Counted from the first letter of the stretch, positions 27,067 through 37,255 are shown. The stretch: 64,000 nucleotides of DNA from an uncultured Candidatus Saccharibacteria bacterium (GCA_964536485.1 CAZHXX010000001.1:85643-149642), one strand, 5' to 3'. Made by a program: numbers and translations. Notes: generated by a model not told the origin, from the sequence alone.

Positions 27067-28113
27067 ATGTTACAAACGCTTGAACTTGCACACATTCGCT
27101 CGTATGACAACGGACTGTTTGAGTTTAGTCCTGGCGTTAATATTGTGGTGGGCCCGAATGCAAGTGGCAAAACCAACCTCCTCGAGGCTATTTATATGAT
27201 GGCCCGGGGCACCGCATTCAAAAGCGACGATGTCAACATGATAGCCTACGAAGCCTCATGGGGGCGTATTGACTGCACCTTAGATAACGACCGCAAGAGA
27301 TCGGTAAAAATTACCGCAGAGCCTTTTTCTAAAGTCTTTGTTGTTGATGACGTTGAGAAAAAGCGCCTTTTAGAGCCAAAACAACTTCCAACAGTTTTGT
27401 TTGAGCCAACTCACATGCTCCTTTTAAGTGGCGAGCCAGACAGACGACGGGCATATCTTGATGACTTGCTTTCGCAGACAGAACTTGGGTTTGCCGGGTT
27501 GCTAAAGGATTACAAAAGAACACTTGCCCAAAGAAATAAACTGCTCAAGCAAGAAAATATACAACCGGATCATTTGTTTGTGTGGGATGTGCGCCTTAGT
27601 GATTTGGGCGGGAAGCTTGCCGAAAAGCGAATGCTCTACATTAGCTTTCTTCAAGAGCAACTTACGCAAAATTACCGTTCGGTGAGTGGAAACGAAGAAG
27701 AAGTACGCGTAAGTTATGATTCGAGGTTGCCGGCAGACCACTATGCAAATGCTATGTTGCAAGAACTTAAAACGAGATTTGACATGGACCGAATACGTGG
27801 CTACACAAGCATTGGCCCGCATCGTGACGACATTAAGATTTTACTAAACGAAAACGATGCCAAGATAAGTGCCTCGCGCGGGGAAACAAGAAGTATTGTG
27901 TTGGCTTTAAAAATTGCAGAGCTACAATTGCTTGAAAATAAGACAGGAAAGAAGCCACTTCTATTGCTTGATGATGTGTTTAGCGAACTCGATGGTAAGC
28001 GTCGTCGTACGCTTGCTCATACCCTCAAAGACTACCAAGTCTTTATCACCACCACTGACGCAGACGTCGTTATAGAACACTTCTCCACCACCTGTAACAT
28101 CATCCCATTATAA
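27067..28113 (+). CDS. recF: DNA replication and repair protein RecF
   Basis: Walker A GPNASGKTNLLEAI, LLLLDDVFSELD Walker B/D-loop. dnaA-dnaN-recF synteny. Confidence 0.93.
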   Translation: MLQTLELAHIRSYDNGLFEFSPGVNIVVGPNASGKTNLLEAIYMMARGTAFKSDDVNMIAYEASWGRIDCTLDNDRKRSVKITAEPFSKVFVVDDVEKKRLLEPKQLPTVLFEPTHMLLLSGEPDRRRAYLDDLLSQTELGFAGLLKDYKRTLAQRNKLLKQENIQPDHLFVWDVRLSDLGGKLAEKRMLYISFLQEQLTQNYRSVSGNEEEVRVSYDSRLPADHYANAMLQELKTRFDMDRIRGYTSIGPHRDDIKILLNENDAKISASRGETRSIVLALKIAELQLLENKTGKKPLLLLDDVFSELDGKRRRTLAHTLKDYQVFITTTDADVVIEHFSTTCNIIPL

Positions 28114-28120
28114 AAGCTGG

Positions 28121-29632
28121 CTAGAGACCAATTGCTAGGAAATTATAGCCAGCTAGATCAGCGCTTAGCTTGCTTATAGTTTGATTTATTGAATCCCTTG
28201 CAATTGCTTTTACGGACGGGTCGTATTCATAGGTCCCCTCCTCTGTTGGCACTCTATCCCCAAGTTCAGGAGATGCAAAGATGCTCTTCTTATAAATCGA
28301 CAATGTATTTATAAATGGATTGGCTAAGAGCTCTGGCAGAGCTCTATCAGCAAAATCACCCCGCCCGAGAAGCAATAGGTGCTCCTTTTTCCCAGAGTTT
28401 ACAACTGCGAAAATTTGACCATTTGCGATGCGCATGCCTGAAAGGGCCAGCTCTCCACTACTGTAAACTATGTTTCCCGTAAGGGTTGCTGTATTCAAAA
28501 CGAGTAGCTCAGAATCCTTAAATAAGTAAATTTTATCGTCCATAGCAATAAAATCAGAAATATTTTTGAGCGAAGAAACAACCCTAAAATCCTTATCGTA
28601 TAAGACCATAGATTTCTTGGTATCAAGCGCACAAATATACTCTCCGCAAAAACTTACTTTACTTATACTGGTTTCAAAAGTCTTTTCGCGACTCTTTCCT
28701 TGAGCTACTAACTTTATAGTTGAGCCAGATTGTGTACCCTCAAAGTCTTCACTGCCAGCTTTAATTAGCGCCTCGTTATACAAATAAGAAGACATGTCGC
28801 TCCTAACATCATAATTAACTACATTGGGCTCATCAACTTCTTTTACCGGAGCAAGGGTATCAAGGCTGTTTCCTCTAAAAAGAGAGGGAGATCTCTTTCC
28901 TTTAAGTGTCAGCACTTGCGCATCCTTGAGGATATAATATACATTGTCTCCTAGTCCTTCTATAGACCCTCTCAGAACAAGACTTATGTTGCTATTGACT
29001 ATTGTCAACTCATAAATGTTATGTGATGGTCCATAGTCTCCTGTCGTGTACGCAAGAAGAAGCTTTTTCCCATCAATATCAACAAGATCCTCTATGACTC
29101 CAATTTCCTCTGGTGATTTTTGTGCGCCAGTTTCATCATAAACAGTTTGAATTTTTTTTGTAAAAGTCGGAGAGCTTTTAGTTGCTGGAACATGAAATAC
29201 AATCCCGCTTGCTGGACCATCGCAAGGGTATGAAATATACGACTCCGCCACTGCAGAAATACATCCCCTTGGGTTTTCGGCAACAAACTCTCTCGGCAGC
29301 TGCCCTTCAAGTCCGGCGCTTATAGTCGTTGTAGCAAAAAAATTTCCAACAACAGCTGTAAATATCTGGGAGTCGTTGCCGTTCTTTAGCAAGACTGTAT
29401 AGGTCCCCGCCTTGAGTATCCTGTCAAACGTATTTCCGGTCACCTCTAGTGTCGTGGTGTCATTTTGCTTCACCATCTCAATTGTAGTAGTACCTTGAGG
29501 AAGATTCTTTATACTGATTCTTCCTCTTTGGTAAAAAGAGTATAAGCCAAACAATAGGAAAAGCGTGACGCAAACAACAAGCAGTAACCTGCTCATTAAT
29601 CGTAGTCTCATATTAGTAAATTCTGGTTGCAT
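28121..29632 (-). CDS. N-terminally anchored beta-rich protein, unknown function (last gene of T4SS-like operon)
   Basis: 503 aa with one TM (LLLVVCVTLFLLFGLYSF). Its start overlaps the upstream stop by 1 nt, and its stop is 7 nt from the recF stop. Confidence 0.75.
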   Translation of the reverse strand: MQPEFTNMRLRLMSRLLLVVCVTLFLLFGLYSFYQRGRISIKNLPQGTTTIEMVKQNDTTTLEVTGNTFDRILKAGTYTVLLKNGNDSQIFTAVVGNFFATTTISAGLEGQLPREFVAENPRGCISAVAESYISYPCDGPASGIVFHVPATKSSPTFTKKIQTVYDETGAQKSPEEIGVIEDLVDIDGKKLLLAYTTGDYGPSHNIYELTIVNSNISLVLRGSIEGLGDNVYYILKDAQVLTLKGKRSPSLFRGNSLDTLAPVKEVDEPNVVNYDVRSDMSSYLYNEALIKAGSEDFEGTQSGSTIKLVAQGKSREKTFETSISKVSFCGEYICALDTKKSMVLYDKDFRVVSSLKNISDFIAMDDKIYLFKDSELLVLNTATLTGNIVYSSGELALSGMRIANGQIFAVVNSGKKEHLLLLGRGDFADRALPELLANPFINTLSIYKKSIFASPELGDRVPTEEGTYEYDPSVKAIARDSINQTISKLSADLAGYNFLAIGL

Positions 29633-31065
29633 TATTCTGACCCATATCTTGTTAGTACATCTATCGCTTCTGCTCCACGTGCTGCATATTGACTTTCGCC
29701 TTCACCACAGTCCCTGCAACCTTCATATCTTACAGCAAAAATTTCGGCAGCTCGTTCAGGGGTTGTTGCTGTCTTTAGTTCATCACCAACACCCTTAAGG
29801 GCTATGTTTGCACTTAAGGCAGGCTCGGTACCCTCTAGCTGACTTATGACAAAGTCGAGCTGGTAGTAAAGATCTTCGATAAGTTCGTCTGGCACGCCGG
29901 CAGCTTTCGAAGGATCAATCATCTTACTGAATGGAGTCCATTGCACTATTCCCCAACCAACACTTGAAACCTTAGAGAGGTTACAATATTTTCCATCGGG
30001 CGTAACTAGCTTTGCAAGAACAGCATCAAAGTTCTTTAGCCTTACTCCACCGTCAGGATCGAGAATTGACGCGTCGATTCCCTTTTCTTCACCATTTTTA
30101 ACACTATAGATACATTGCATTCTTACTGGGTTGCTACCAGACTCATGCCGAAAGTTTGCGATTATTCCTGCAGCGATTATGGGTCCATATTTTTCTTTTA
30201 GGTAATTAAAAGCATCCTTCTCGTTGTCTCCACTGGAATTTTTTGTACAGCTAGAACTCTTGCCTCCTGGCCCAGCCTTAAGCTGGTCAACAATAAACTG
30301 TGCTTTGTTTTCGTATCCTTTAGCTGGATGGTGTATCTTGTCGGAGTTAAAAGGGTAGTCGGTACTGTTTTCTGCCTCACTTGCAAAATCTATTACAGTA
30401 AAATCTTTTGTTTCATCCGCAACCTTTTGAATCTGCTCGTTTATGTCCTTATATGTGCCTTCGTCAGGCTTAAAATAAGTATTTACCCAATAGATGTCTG
30501 CGGTTTTATTTATCCCTCTTATATACTCAAGCATGTCTTTTACTGACTGAGCGGTATTTGTTTCCGTGTTTGTTCCTAGCCCAACAACGATAATCCCCGC
30601 ATATGTATCAGATAGATCGCCAGGATGTTCGGATAAGTTCTGAATAGTTTGTTGAACCCTGTATCCCTCTGTGGCTTCTACTGATCCACCAATGACTCTT
30701 GTTTTGCGGGCGTCTGGGCTTGCACCAGGAGGAACGACCTGATCGAACTCCTTGTTGGCACCAAACCCACCTTCGTTCGCCTTTCCCAATAGATCGCCAA
30801 GCACAGTCATGCCAAAAGTCAGTGAATCGCCTATGAAAAATACGTTATTATTTATGCTAGAAAGTTGCGTACTACAGCTTGCTACAGGATTCAGTTTTAT
30901 GTTGGGGTCACGATAGTGTTGCCCAAGGTTTACCATGCGTAGGTCTGAGGCTGTAAAAGGAAGCAAGGCATCTGCTCCACCGCCAAACAGCAATAAGCTA
31001 ATGATGAGAACAGGGAGTGCGAGTAGGCGCTGGCACATAACATGTGTATTGATTATCTTTTTCAT
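29632..31065 (-). CDS. Secreted two-domain wall hydrolase: SGNH/GDSL esterase + lysozyme-like (Phage_lysozyme2-type) domain
   Basis: Start chosen at ATG 31065 (MKKIINTHVMCQRLLALPVLIISLLL), 1 nt after the upstream TAA. Block I is FFIGDSLTFG. The C-terminal region has GIIANFRHESGSNP...GWGIVQWT. Confidence 0.8.
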   Translation of the reverse strand: MKKIINTHVMCQRLLALPVLIISLLLFGGGADALLPFTASDLRMVNLGQHYRDPNIKLNPVASCSTQLSSINNNVFFIGDSLTFGMTVLGDLLGKANEGGFGANKEFDQVVPPGASPDARKTRVIGGSVEATEGYRVQQTIQNLSEHPGDLSDTYAGIIVVGLGTNTETNTAQSVKDMLEYIRGINKTADIYWVNTYFKPDEGTYKDINEQIQKVADETKDFTVIDFASEAENSTDYPFNSDKIHHPAKGYENKAQFIVDQLKAGPGGKSSSCTKNSSGDNEKDAFNYLKEKYGPIIAAGIIANFRHESGSNPVRMQCIYSVKNGEEKGIDASILDPDGGVRLKNFDAVLAKLVTPDGKYCNLSKVSSVGWGIVQWTPFSKMIDPSKAAGVPDELIEDLYYQLDFVISQLEGTEPALSANIALKGVGDELKTATTPERAAEIFAVRYEGCRDCGEGESQYAARGAEAIDVLTRYGSE

Positions 31066-31066
31066 G

Positions 31067-34000
31067 TTATCCACCTGTAGGCGAAAGATGCCACCATTCG
31101 CAACCTCCGTCATCCCTTCTAATTTCGCCACCTCCTTGCCTTGAGCTTTCACCAACACATTGCAATAGAAGTCCATAGTTCTTTGAATTTGCTGCAACCC
31201 AGTTAAGGCAAGGGTATTTGCTTACTCCCGCGAGGAAAGATTCTCTGCCTCTGCCGTTACTTGCAACATAACTTTGGCCACCGCCTTGACAACTTATATC
31301 GGCTGCGGCACCAAATTGATGAAGCGACATACCTGGTGTAGCAAAAGTACCAGATCCAGCGCCATTTGGTCCATATCCTTTAGCTTGTCCTGCAGAGCTT
31401 CTATAGCCATACGTGCCGTTTATAGTGTAGCCCTCCGCCTGCATGGCATTAAAGAGGTCGTCAAACTGTTTTGCAAATGCGGTGTTTATTTGGACGCCAT
31501 GAACACTACATAGCATAATTGTTCTTTGAACTTTATTGAAGAATGCATCAGACTGTAGTCCTATTTGCTGAATAGTAGGGCTGGCTGGGCAGTCCGCACG
31601 CAAATCTAGTGCGTCTGGTTGGATGGGTGTCCCTTTTATAAAACCACTACCAACCGCATACGAGCTTCCTGTAGGAGTATTTGGTTGGGTCTCTGGGTCT
31701 AGATCGTATGCTTTGGTAAGCGAGTCAACAACAACTCGGTCAAGCATACACACATCAACAACCCCATACTCATCCTCTCCGGTTTCTTCATTACGATACT
31801 TAGATGCTTCTCTAGCCTCTGCATTTTGTCTACACACTTCTGGGGTAAGGGTAAGTGGGTCTGCTTGTAGGGCTGGGTCGTTAAGCGGAAAGCCATATTG
31901 CGCAACTCCAAATAGTGACTGTCTGTCATAGACAGTAAGTGCATCAGCTTTTTTGTTAAGGCCAAAGGCACTCGCAAAAGTATCAAGATAGCTACCTCCA
32001 TCAAACTTTGGAGTTATGTTAATCGTGTCCCCACCAAAAGCATTTTCGGCCATGGCAAGTGTGGAGATTGAAGCAAGAGAACGGGTGTTACTAAAGTCAA
32101 AGTAACGAGCAAAAAAACTCGAGTTCTTAAGGTCTTCCTTTTTTTCCAAAGCTATTTGTTTACGTAATTGAGAGGATTCTTCACTGGTAAGCTTCTTTGC
32201 CCCGAGCCCCTGGAGAGCGCCGTCCTCATCTTCATAGCCCTTTAGGAATGAATTGTTTATGACATCGATGCCTGCTGCATATTGGTCAAACAGTTCTTTT
32301 CCTTCGGCCGCAGCATTCACTGCAACTGGGAAGAGCTTTTTAGCTCCCCACTCTATAAATTGTGCTGCATATTCCCCCATCCAATTTTGTGCCGAGTCAA
32401 GCGCCTCCCCGACGTAAGGGACCGATTTGACGGCACTGAAAACTCCATCTGAAACCTTTCCTGTAAACCAGCTAACTGCCCTTAGTATAGGTCGTATATA
32501 TGTTCTTGGGCGGAACCCATAACATGTTCCAGCCACTTCCTGACCCTTACACGAGCCGTAGCTGTTGGCAATATCCATAAATGCACTAACTGTTGGGTCC
32601 TTTCTTAATTCCTCTATCGCAACCTTAGGCTGTACATTTTTTTCAGGGCAAACAAGCGCATCATCCTCTCCCTCCAAGACGACACCATCGTCACACTCAA
32701 TGGTAGTTTTTGGAGAAACGCCACTTAGCGACTGTGAAAGTCTGCTTGCTGAAAAGCCTTTCACTAAAGAAAATAAAGCCGCTGAATCCTGCATACTCGC
32801 CTCAAAAGATTGAGTATCGTCGTTCCCGTACAAAAAATTTGCAGCATAAGAAGCATAAGCAGCCTCGTTGATTGTTCTCATATACTTACTTATCGAGTTA
32901 TCTTTAATTTTTTGATCTATGCTATCCAAAAAATCAGCCATTGTTATTGCAAAGTATATTTGTCCAGCAGCAGGTATGGCAGAGAGGAAACTTTTCACGG
33001 TAACTTCTTTTACTGCTTCTTCCTGACCTTTCATGAGGATGTGTCGTATGACAAAAGTACCGATTTTCCCAATTATGTACTGCTTGTAACTTTTTGCACC
33101 AGATTCTTCTATCTCTTTCGCAATAGACTTTATGAGCTCGCTGTCGGCTTGTTTTAACACACTTAATGCTGCTTCGGCTGCCTCGCCTTCCGCATTCTTA
33201 CAACTCACCACGAAACATAGCATGTAAGTCGCAACTTGCGGATTGATTGGTGCAACAATTCGTCCAATAAGTTTTGTCTTAAGCTTTGTAATAGCGCTTA
33301 TCTTAAAGTCTAGAATCTCATCTTTCTTATTACACGCGATCAAACAAAACTTCTCTGCATTAAAAGGAGGTCTGCTGAGCAATGACCTGACATGTCTACG
33401 AGCGACCAGCCCTTCAAATCTAGTCTCTGCATCGATAAGTCGAGTAGCTTCTCTGGTGACACTATTTCTACCAAAAACACCCATTTCGGACCTGACTCCA
33501 TCCGCGTCCGTTTTGAATATATGAATCTTGTTTGGTTCTCGTGTATCCATCTCAAATTCAAGGCCATAGTTTTTAAATAACTTATCCTCGATTCTATTTT
33601 TGCTCCATGTTGAATATAGTTTTGAAGGCAAGGATTGTCCGGGGTCAAAGACCTGACATCCCCGCTCCACTTTTACTCCACAAGTAGTCGATGGTCCAAT
33701 AATATTGGTAACGTAAGACTTTATATACGCCTCAGTTCTTGTCCTTAAGGCATAGGCGGAAGTGTCCATGAAAGCATCAGTTAGCTTTCTTGTCATTTGT
33801 TTCATTAGAAAGTTAGGAAGAAGAGCAACTATTCCGACTATAGAAACAGTAGTGCCGACAACGCCAACCGCAGCTGCAATTTTAGCCTTTTTTGACCTCA
33901 TCCTGTCACGAAAACTTACCCGTACATTTTGTGCTGCTTCTTCGCTTAGCTCAGCCTCTTCATTGGATACAGCTGTAGTATTTCCCTTCTCAACGCTCGG

Positions 34001-34405
34001 AGCTACCTCGCTGCCCGCTACATCGTTAAGGTTATCAGCAGGAGCAGAATCTTGTTTTGCTGCCGTATTTTCTGGTGACTTGGTAAACTCTGGTGCTACA
34101 TCGTCGTCTGCAAAAGTAGTTGGTTGCGCTTTTGGTTCGACTTCGGTTCCAGGAAGTGGCTTATTGCTTGTCGGAACTCGTGGATGTACGACGGAGGAGC
34201 GAGAAGGTTTAGGACCTTTGCTGTGCAGACCCTTTTTGGTTTTAAGGTCAATCCGTCGAGTCGTTTCTGTCTCAAGGTGAATTTTTTGAATACCCGGAGA
34301 CTTTTCATATGGCGAAGCCGAGGAGCTTGAATCTTTTGGCGCGCTCCCACGTTGGGTCGGACCAAATTTCCCTCTTATACTTACTCGTCTTTTGAGATCT
34401 GCCAC
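31067..34405 (-). CDS. Large bitopic T4SS-associated protein with C-terminal LAS/M15 (VanY-like) metallopeptidase domain
   Basis: 1112 aa. A ~185-aa basic, disordered N-terminus, one TM (AAAVGVVGTTVSIVGIVALL) and a ~750-aa orphan ectodomain. The C-terminus has YGYRSS...PGMSLHQFGAAAD (SxHxxGxAxD) ...CEWWHLSP. Confidence 0.85.
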   Translation of the reverse strand: MADLKRRVSIRGKFGPTQRGSAPKDSSSSASPYEKSPGIQKIHLETETTRRIDLKTKKGLHSKGPKPSRSSVVHPRVPTSNKPLPGTEVEPKAQPTTFADDDVAPEFTKSPENTAAKQDSAPADNLNDVAGSEVAPSVEKGNTTAVSNEEAELSEEAAQNVRVSFRDRMRSKKAKIAAAVGVVGTTVSIVGIVALLPNFLMKQMTRKLTDAFMDTSAYALRTRTEAYIKSYVTNIIGPSTTCGVKVERGCQVFDPGQSLPSKLYSTWSKNRIEDKLFKNYGLEFEMDTREPNKIHIFKTDADGVRSEMGVFGRNSVTREATRLIDAETRFEGLVARRHVRSLLSRPPFNAEKFCLIACNKKDEILDFKISAITKLKTKLIGRIVAPINPQVATYMLCFVVSCKNAEGEAAEAALSVLKQADSELIKSIAKEIEESGAKSYKQYIIGKIGTFVIRHILMKGQEEAVKEVTVKSFLSAIPAAGQIYFAITMADFLDSIDQKIKDNSISKYMRTINEAAYASYAANFLYGNDDTQSFEASMQDSAALFSLVKGFSASRLSQSLSGVSPKTTIECDDGVVLEGEDDALVCPEKNVQPKVAIEELRKDPTVSAFMDIANSYGSCKGQEVAGTCYGFRPRTYIRPILRAVSWFTGKVSDGVFSAVKSVPYVGEALDSAQNWMGEYAAQFIEWGAKKLFPVAVNAAAEGKELFDQYAAGIDVINNSFLKGYEDEDGALQGLGAKKLTSEESSQLRKQIALEKKEDLKNSSFFARYFDFSNTRSLASISTLAMAENAFGGDTINITPKFDGGSYLDTFASAFGLNKKADALTVYDRQSLFGVAQYGFPLNDPALQADPLTLTPEVCRQNAEAREASKYRNEETGEDEYGVVDVCMLDRVVVDSLTKAYDLDPETQPNTPTGSSYAVGSGFIKGTPIQPDALDLRADCPASPTIQQIGLQSDAFFNKVQRTIMLCSVHGVQINTAFAKQFDDLFNAMQAEGYTINGTYGYRSSAGQAKGYGPNGAGSGTFATPGMSLHQFGAAADISCQGGGQSYVASNGRGRESFLAGVSKYPCLNWVAANSKNYGLLLQCVGESSRQGGGEIRRDDGGCEWWHLSPTGG

Positions 34406-34435
34406 GCCCTGGTTCTCTCCCTAAAATTCTCTCAT

Positions 34436-36325
34436 TTATTGTAGCTGTACCGTATTATTATACCCTGGTTGGCTCAAATCTACTTGGTCTTGTACGGTTG
34501 CCTGCTTAGGGTCAGTTGTAATAAGGCTAGTTTCCGTTGGGCTGGCGGCGACTTGAATGTGTACATGATTTTGTCCGGCAAAGAACAGCCCTTGTCCTAC
34601 TGGGAACTGACTAAGGCGCTTCTTTTCCTCGCTTGTGAGCTTGAAGACGTTTGAAAGAACATCGACAGCGGAAGTAGATTGCTTAAGTAATATTTGCATG
34701 CTGGCATTAGCCACGATTGCTCGTCCCATTCGTGAACCCATGAAATCCTCAACGTCCTGTGTGATTGTGGTGATACCTAGGTTGTATTTACGTGCTCGTT
34801 TCGCAAGGCTAAACAGGAAGTTGGCACTATCTTCATATTTCATAAGTTGCCAAGCCTCATCAACGATAAGAATTCGACGTTTTTGGTCAGTTTTTGTCTT
34901 GTTCCAGATGTAGTTAAGCACAATATACATAGCAACTGGGCGCAATTCATCCTCGAGATCACGCACGTTAAATACCACCATAGGGTTGTTAATATCAATG
35001 TTGCTTTGTTGGCTAAAAATTCCAGCAAATGTTCCGCTCGTATATTTGCGCAGACGCTGTGCAAGTTGCGGACCGGTCCCACCCATATGAAGCAGGGTAT
35101 CGTACAGATTTGCGATGGTTGGTGCCGGTGAGCGATGGGTAAGTGGGTCATTTGTAATACCAGCTCTTGCATAGGTTTCTATCAATGCTGCATCTAGGTC
35201 CGCTTCCTCTACAGGAGTGAGAGTTGGCATGACAGGTCCACCCTGTGTATTCATCATTTGTGCCTGTGCCCCGCCCATCATGAGCCTTAGCAGTCCGTGC
35301 AGTGTAATAAGGTTACTTCGTAGTGCATTGTCCGCTTCCTCGTTATCTGTTACAGCTGGGAGATCAAACGGATTTATACGAGTGCTACTGTTTAAACTAA
35401 GGCGAACGTAAGCACCGCCGACAGCCTCGCACATGCGCTGGTATTCGTTTTCTGGGTCGATAATAAATACCTCAGTACCAAACATCATGCTACGTAAGGC
35501 CTCTAGTTTAACAGTAAAGCTCTTTCCTGCCCCAGACTTTGCGAAGACGACACTGTTGCCGTTCTCAAGACTAAAACGATCAAAAATAACCAGACCGGAG
35601 TTATGCATGTTTATGCCGTACAAAATGCCATTTTCTTGTGTAAGGTCAGCACTTGTGAACGGAAAGCTGGTGCTGATAGCGCCAGTATTCATGTTGCGTC
35701 GTATCTGCAACTGATCGGTAAATTGTGGCAACGTCGAATTTAAGCCTTGTTCTTGTTGTGCGCTTGCCGGCTTGCTGTAAATGAGTTGTTGTGCGAGCAC
35801 GCTCTCAACTTTATGTGAAACAAATTCGAGTTCTTCATCATCGCGTCCATAAATGGTGAAATAAAAGCCAAAGCGGAAGAATCGTTCTTCGCCAACTTGG
35901 AGTTTGTCGCGAAGCTCTTCAGCATCCTGGATGCTTGCCTGTTTGCCCGGGTCACGCACTTTTCCTTTTTCGGAATCGATCTGCAAGCCCGCTTCAAGCT
36001 GGGCTACCTTTTTGCGGAGGTTATCAAGAACAACTTGACTTTCTACAGGGTAAATAAATATTGACAGATCAATCACCTCGTCGAGATTCACCATGCTACT
36101 TATCCAGCCAGTATAAATTTGGCGTGGGTATCCGTACACATAGTAGGTTCGTGCAACGCGCGTGCCTATCTTAAAAAGACTGCTTTGAAACTCTAAGCTT
36201 GCAGGAGCAATAAAGTCGCGAAGTGCCGTAATGCCACGTTGAAAGGCAGCTCGTACTTCCATCTGTTCGCGCATAGCCTGCATCTGGGCCATTGCCACTG
36301 GGTCCATACGTTGTTTTTTAGCCAC
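34436..36325 (-). CDS. virB4: VirB4/TrsE-family T4SS ATPase (C-terminal two thirds of a canonical Gram-positive VirB4)
   Basis: GTG start with a GGGGAGG SD. Walker A FAKSGAGKSF, Walker B RILIVDEAWQLM. The N-terminal block IAPASLEF...YYVYGYPRQIYTGWIS is typical of the VirB4 middle region. Confidence 0.9.
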   Translation of the reverse strand: MAKKQRMDPVAMAQMQAMREQMEVRAAFQRGITALRDFIAPASLEFQSSLFKIGTRVARTYYVYGYPRQIYTGWISSMVNLDEVIDLSIFIYPVESQVVLDNLRKKVAQLEAGLQIDSEKGKVRDPGKQASIQDAEELRDKLQVGEERFFRFGFYFTIYGRDDEELEFVSHKVESVLAQQLIYSKPASAQQEQGLNSTLPQFTDQLQIRRNMNTGAISTSFPFTSADLTQENGILYGINMHNSGLVIFDRFSLENGNSVVFAKSGAGKSFTVKLEALRSMMFGTEVFIIDPENEYQRMCEAVGGAYVRLSLNSSTRINPFDLPAVTDNEEADNALRSNLITLHGLLRLMMGGAQAQMMNTQGGPVMPTLTPVEEADLDAALIETYARAGITNDPLTHRSPAPTIANLYDTLLHMGGTGPQLAQRLRKYTSGTFAGIFSQQSNIDINNPMVVFNVRDLEDELRPVAMYIVLNYIWNKTKTDQKRRILIVDEAWQLMKYEDSANFLFSLAKRARKYNLGITTITQDVEDFMGSRMGRAIVANASMQILLKQSTSAVDVLSNVFKLTSEEKKRLSQFPVGQGLFFAGQNHVHIQVAASPTETSLITTDPKQATVQDQVDLSQPGYNNTVQLQ

Positions 36326-36349
36326 GACTAGCCTCCCCTACTTTTCCCA

Positions 36350-37255
36350 TCATGAGTAGAGCTCCTTGTCTAAGTTAGGTGTTGGTGCAAGGCCTTCGCC
36401 ACGAGTCACGACTGGTGCATCCATCTCTAGTTTTCCAAAATTCTTTAACTTTTGACGAGTTGCGGTGTCGGGGTTGTAGGCATCGTAATACAGCTCAATA
36501 AGCTCCTGGGTATCTAGCGGGAGCGACTGTACTTGACACTGTTGCAAGCCATTCATGACTGCTTGGATGCGGTTTTTCAGCTCAGTCTTCGCCTTTTCTA
36601 GCGTAGCTTCATTGATAATAACTTTTTGTTCTTTTTTACCAAATATTGTGTTAAAAAACCCTTTGCTTGCTTGCACTACTTTCTGTGCATCGACTAATGG
36701 CTCAAACGGAATCACAAGATAAAACTTCTTATCCATAATGTTGGTTTGCTGTGATATGGCGTCCATATAGGCTATGTAATCTTCCATAAGGAGCGCTAAT
36801 AACATGTTGTCATGCTCAGAACGAATTTTATCCAGCTTTTCTATATAAGGGCGTAAATCTACCTTTTGACTGCGTACAAAGACTTGGATAGGAAAGTATA
36901 ATGAGTTCAAAAAGCCCTGGTAGCTGAATTCTACTGCTTCTCGTTCCTCGGGGCTCATGAGATCAAAGTTTATACTTTGACACATAACTACTGCGCGGAA
37001 ACTGCCGTCATTCATAATGACAATGCCGTCGCGAATTTCTGCAATTTCGAGCGCGTTTTGCGTACTAGTCGGGTTGGATTTTTGCATTGGTACGGGCGGT
37101 CTTCCACCTGGCATGCCCGACTGCATTGGTTGTTGCATGGGAGGCATCTGCCCCATGGCTGGCATTGGTTGTTGAGGCATCATGGGCTGTTGCGGTGCAA
37201 CTTGTCCGCCGGGTGGTGTCAATGGTTGATTAGGGTTCACTTTTATTTGCTCCAC
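36350..37255 (-). CDS. Pro/Gln/Met-rich protein with VirB4 N-terminal-domain-like region
   Basis: 301 aa. Residues 1-65 are a P/Q/M repeat (QQPMMPQQPMPAMGQMPPMQQPMQ). IRDGIVIMNDGSFRAVVMCQSINFDLMSPEEREAV..FLNSLYFPIQVFV follows the pattern of Gram-positive VirB4 N-termini. Same reading frame as virB4. Confidence 0.75.
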   Translation of the reverse strand: MEQIKVNPNQPLTPPGGQVAPQQPMMPQQPMPAMGQMPPMQQPMQSGMPGGRPPVPMQKSNPTSTQNALEIAEIRDGIVIMNDGSFRAVVMCQSINFDLMSPEEREAVEFSYQGFLNSLYFPIQVFVRSQKVDLRPYIEKLDKIRSEHDNMLLALLMEDYIAYMDAISQQTNIMDKKFYLVIPFEPLVDAQKVVQASKGFFNTIFGKKEQKVIINEATLEKAKTELKNRIQAVMNGLQQCQVQSLPLDTQELIELYYDAYNPDTATRQKLKNFGKLEMDAPVVTRGEGLAPTPNLDKELYS

